A DNA stretch of 64,000 nucleotides from a bacterium (lineage in GTDB: Bacteria; Cyanobacteriota; Sericytochromatia; S15B-MN24; UBA4093): assembly GCA_035285805.1 (NCBI GenBank), contig JAYKJE010000008.1, positions 13,902-77,901 on the forward strand, read 5' to 3'. Within the stretch, counting starts at the first letter, position 1, and the number at the start of each line of letters is the position of its first letter. The translations under genes and the position numbers were made by a program. Below, piece by piece: positions 62,499 to 64,000 of the stretch. The notes beneath the pieces are model-generated. The model saw only the letters and a list, made by a program, of their open reading frames with translations. It was not told the DNA's origin and did no database searches.

Positions 62499-63509
62499 GT
62501 GAAGCGCGTCCTCATCATCCAGACCGGTGGGACCTTCGCGATGGTGCCCCGCGGCCCGTCGGGCGCGCTGGGGCCTGCCGTCGCGCCGGCGGAATGGTTC
62601 GAGCGCCTGCCCGAGTGTCGCGATATCGCAGAAGTGACATTCTGTCAGGTTGCAGATGTGGACAGTTCGAATCTCGGTATCGCCCAGTGGCGCGCGATCG
62701 CGCGTGAGGTCGCGGACAACCTCGATGCATTCGACGGCTTCGTCGTCATCCACGGGACGGACACGATGGTTTACTCGGCGGCGGCGCTGTCATTCATGCT
62801 GGCGAACCTCGATCGCCCCGTGGTCCTGACGGGGTCGCAGCGGCCGCTGGCCAGCATCCGCTCGGATGCCCGCTCGAACCTGGTCTCGGCGCTGGATCTC
62901 GCGACCCGGGACATTCCGGAGGTCGGGGTCTTTTTCGGCACCCGTCTCTTCCGGGGCAACCGGGCGCGCAAGGTGTCGGTGCACGGGTTCGAGGCCTTCG
63001 AGTCCCCCAATTCGCCGGCACTGGCAGACGTCGGACTCGAGGTTCAGGTCCACCATGAGCGGATCCGCCGGCCGCAGGGTCTGTTCCGGGTGCACGACCG
63101 TTTCGATCCCCGCGTGATCGTCCTGCGGGTGACACCGGGGACCGAACCGGCGCTGTTCGAGTCGCTGATCGCGTCGGATGTCCGGGCTTTCGTGCTAGAG
63201 GCCTTCGGCGCCGGTCACGTGCCGACCCTCGAAGGCAGCTGGTTGCCCTTCGTGGACCGGGCGACCTCGGCCGGAAAGGTCGTGGCGATCGCCACCCAGG
63301 CGCATGCCGGTGCCGTGGATCTGGGGCTCTATGCCTGCGGGCAGATGCTCGAACGCGCAGGTGCCGTCGGGTGCGGCGACATGACCGTCGAGGCAGCCAC
63401 GGTCAAGCTCATGCATCTCTGGGGAGAGCTGGGCGATGCAGACCGCGTGCGTCGAAACCTTCGGGTTCCACTGGCTGGTGAGCTGTCATGTCACGGTGTT
63501 TCTGCATGA
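62499..63509 (+). CDS. ansA: L-asparaginase, type I
   Basis: GTG start 2 nt after the serC stop. IIQTGGTFAM, VVIHGTDTM, VLTGSQRP. Confidence 0.85.
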   Translation: MKRVLIIQTGGTFAMVPRGPSGALGPAVAPAEWFERLPECRDIAEVTFCQVADVDSSNLGIAQWRAIAREVADNLDAFDGFVVIHGTDTMVYSAAALSFMLANLDRPVVLTGSQRPLASIRSDARSNLVSALDLATRDIPEVGVFFGTRLFRGNRARKVSVHGFEAFESPNSPALADVGLEVQVHHERIRRPQGLFRVHDRFDPRVIVLRVTPGTEPALFESLIASDVRAFVLEAFGAGHVPTLEGSWLPFVDRATSAGKVVAIATQAHAGAVDLGLYACGQMLERAGAVGCGDMTVEAATVKLMHLWGELGDADRVRRNLRVPLAGELSCHGVSA

Positions 63510-63569
63510 GTAAGCTTCGTGTTGTTGCTGTGACATCAATGTTTCCTCCTGACTTGCTGAGGTTCTATC

Positions 63570-64000
63570 CGTGACCACCGTGCTCGCCGAGGAGGTTCGC
63601 CGCAGGCGTACCTTCGCCATCATTTCCCACCCGGACGCGGGCAAGACCACGCTGACCGAGAAGTTGCTCCTTTACGGAGGTGCCATCCACCTGGCCGGCT
63701 CGGTGAAGGCCCGTCGTGCCCAGCGACATGCCACGAGCGACTGGATGGAACTCGAGCGCCAGCGAGGCATCTCCATCACCTCGAGCGTCATGCAGTTTCC
63801 ATACCGCGAGCTCGCGGTGAACCTCCTCGATACGCCGGGGCACGAGGACTTCTCGGAGGATACGTACCGGACCCTGGCTGCCGTCGATTCGGCCGTGATG
63901 CTGATCGATGCTGCGAAGGGCGTCGAGACCCAGACGCGCAAGCTCTTCGCGGTATGCCGGATGCGTGAGATGCCCATCTTCACGTTCATCAACAAGCTGG
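63570..64000 (+). CDS. prfC: Peptide chain release factor 3 (5' partial, runs off the window)
   Basis: Translated by hand from the GTG at 63570: [29 protein letters not shown] ... [21 protein letters not shown] ... [16 protein letters not shown] ... FINKL. Not in the supplied ORF track because it is open-ended. Confidence 0.9.

Noticed and set aside
62665-62673. GTTCGAATC, a tRNA T-loop-like string
   Set aside because: It lies inside the ansA coding frame, and no acceptor, D or anticodon stems can be built around it. No tRNA found anywhere in the window.
1-64000. Search for CRISPR arrays, tandem or interspersed repeats, IS elements, integrases, toxin-antitoxin pairs or known defence genes
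   Set aside because: None were recognised by eye. Intergenic regions are short (250 nt or less) and individually explained by promoters or hairpins. A computational repeat and HMM scan would still be needed to exclude weak cases.

Overview
G+C-rich, gene-dense bacterial chromosomal segment with about 60 CDS, almost all showing recognisable housekeeping homology. By eye I found no rRNA, tRNA, CRISPR array, transposase/integrase or prophage signature. Blocks: (i) 112-8766: C11-like protease, rhodanese lipoprotein, fused class-I Fe-S fumarate/tartrate hydratase, ArsR-SdpI pair, CBS-less IMPDH/GMP-reductase family gene, malQ, single-domain response regulator. (ii) 8731-11575 (-): DUF192 / SLH+beta-barrel outer-membrane protein / DUF2993 envelope module. 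(iii) 12816-21607 (-): a tightly packed 10-gene Fe-S biogenesis string (sufB-sufC-sufD-sufS-sufU-nfu-Rrf2 regulator-iscS-like-A-type carrier-ygfZ), with a sigma70-like promoter and an AT-rich palindromic operator upstream of sufB. (iv) mnmG, uvrA, CheX-like protein, large lipoprotein, DnaQ-like exonuclease, Nudix hydrolase, MidA/NDUFAF7-like methyltransferase. (v) 31872-45753: complete nuoA-N (14 genes). (vi) 45917-52405: lipA, 2-oxoacid dehydrogenase E1alpha/E1beta/E2/E3, lipB. (vii) 52365-58176 (-): DUF1015, rlmI, two-domain cell-wall amidase, unknown 194-aa protein, PilZ. (viii) DEAD-box helicase, REC-REC regulator, two FKBP lipoproteins, serC, ansA, 5' part of prfC. Many very long ORFs on the opposite strand of real genes are high-GC shadow ORFs and were rejected. 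The SLH-anchored barrel protein suggests a diderm lineage outside the Proteobacteria, but taxonomy cannot be assigned from this window. I do not see a self-contained novel defence or mobile system. The most interesting leads are the translationally coupled DUF192/SLH-barrel/DUF2993 module, the MidA (NDUFAF7 homologue) gene directly upstream of nuoA, the amidase with a degenerate second catalytic domain in an operon with an orphan protein and a PilZ receptor, the merged SUF+ISC-type supercluster with its operator, and lineage-specific insertions in NuoH. All functional calls rest on motif recognition by eye, not database searches.
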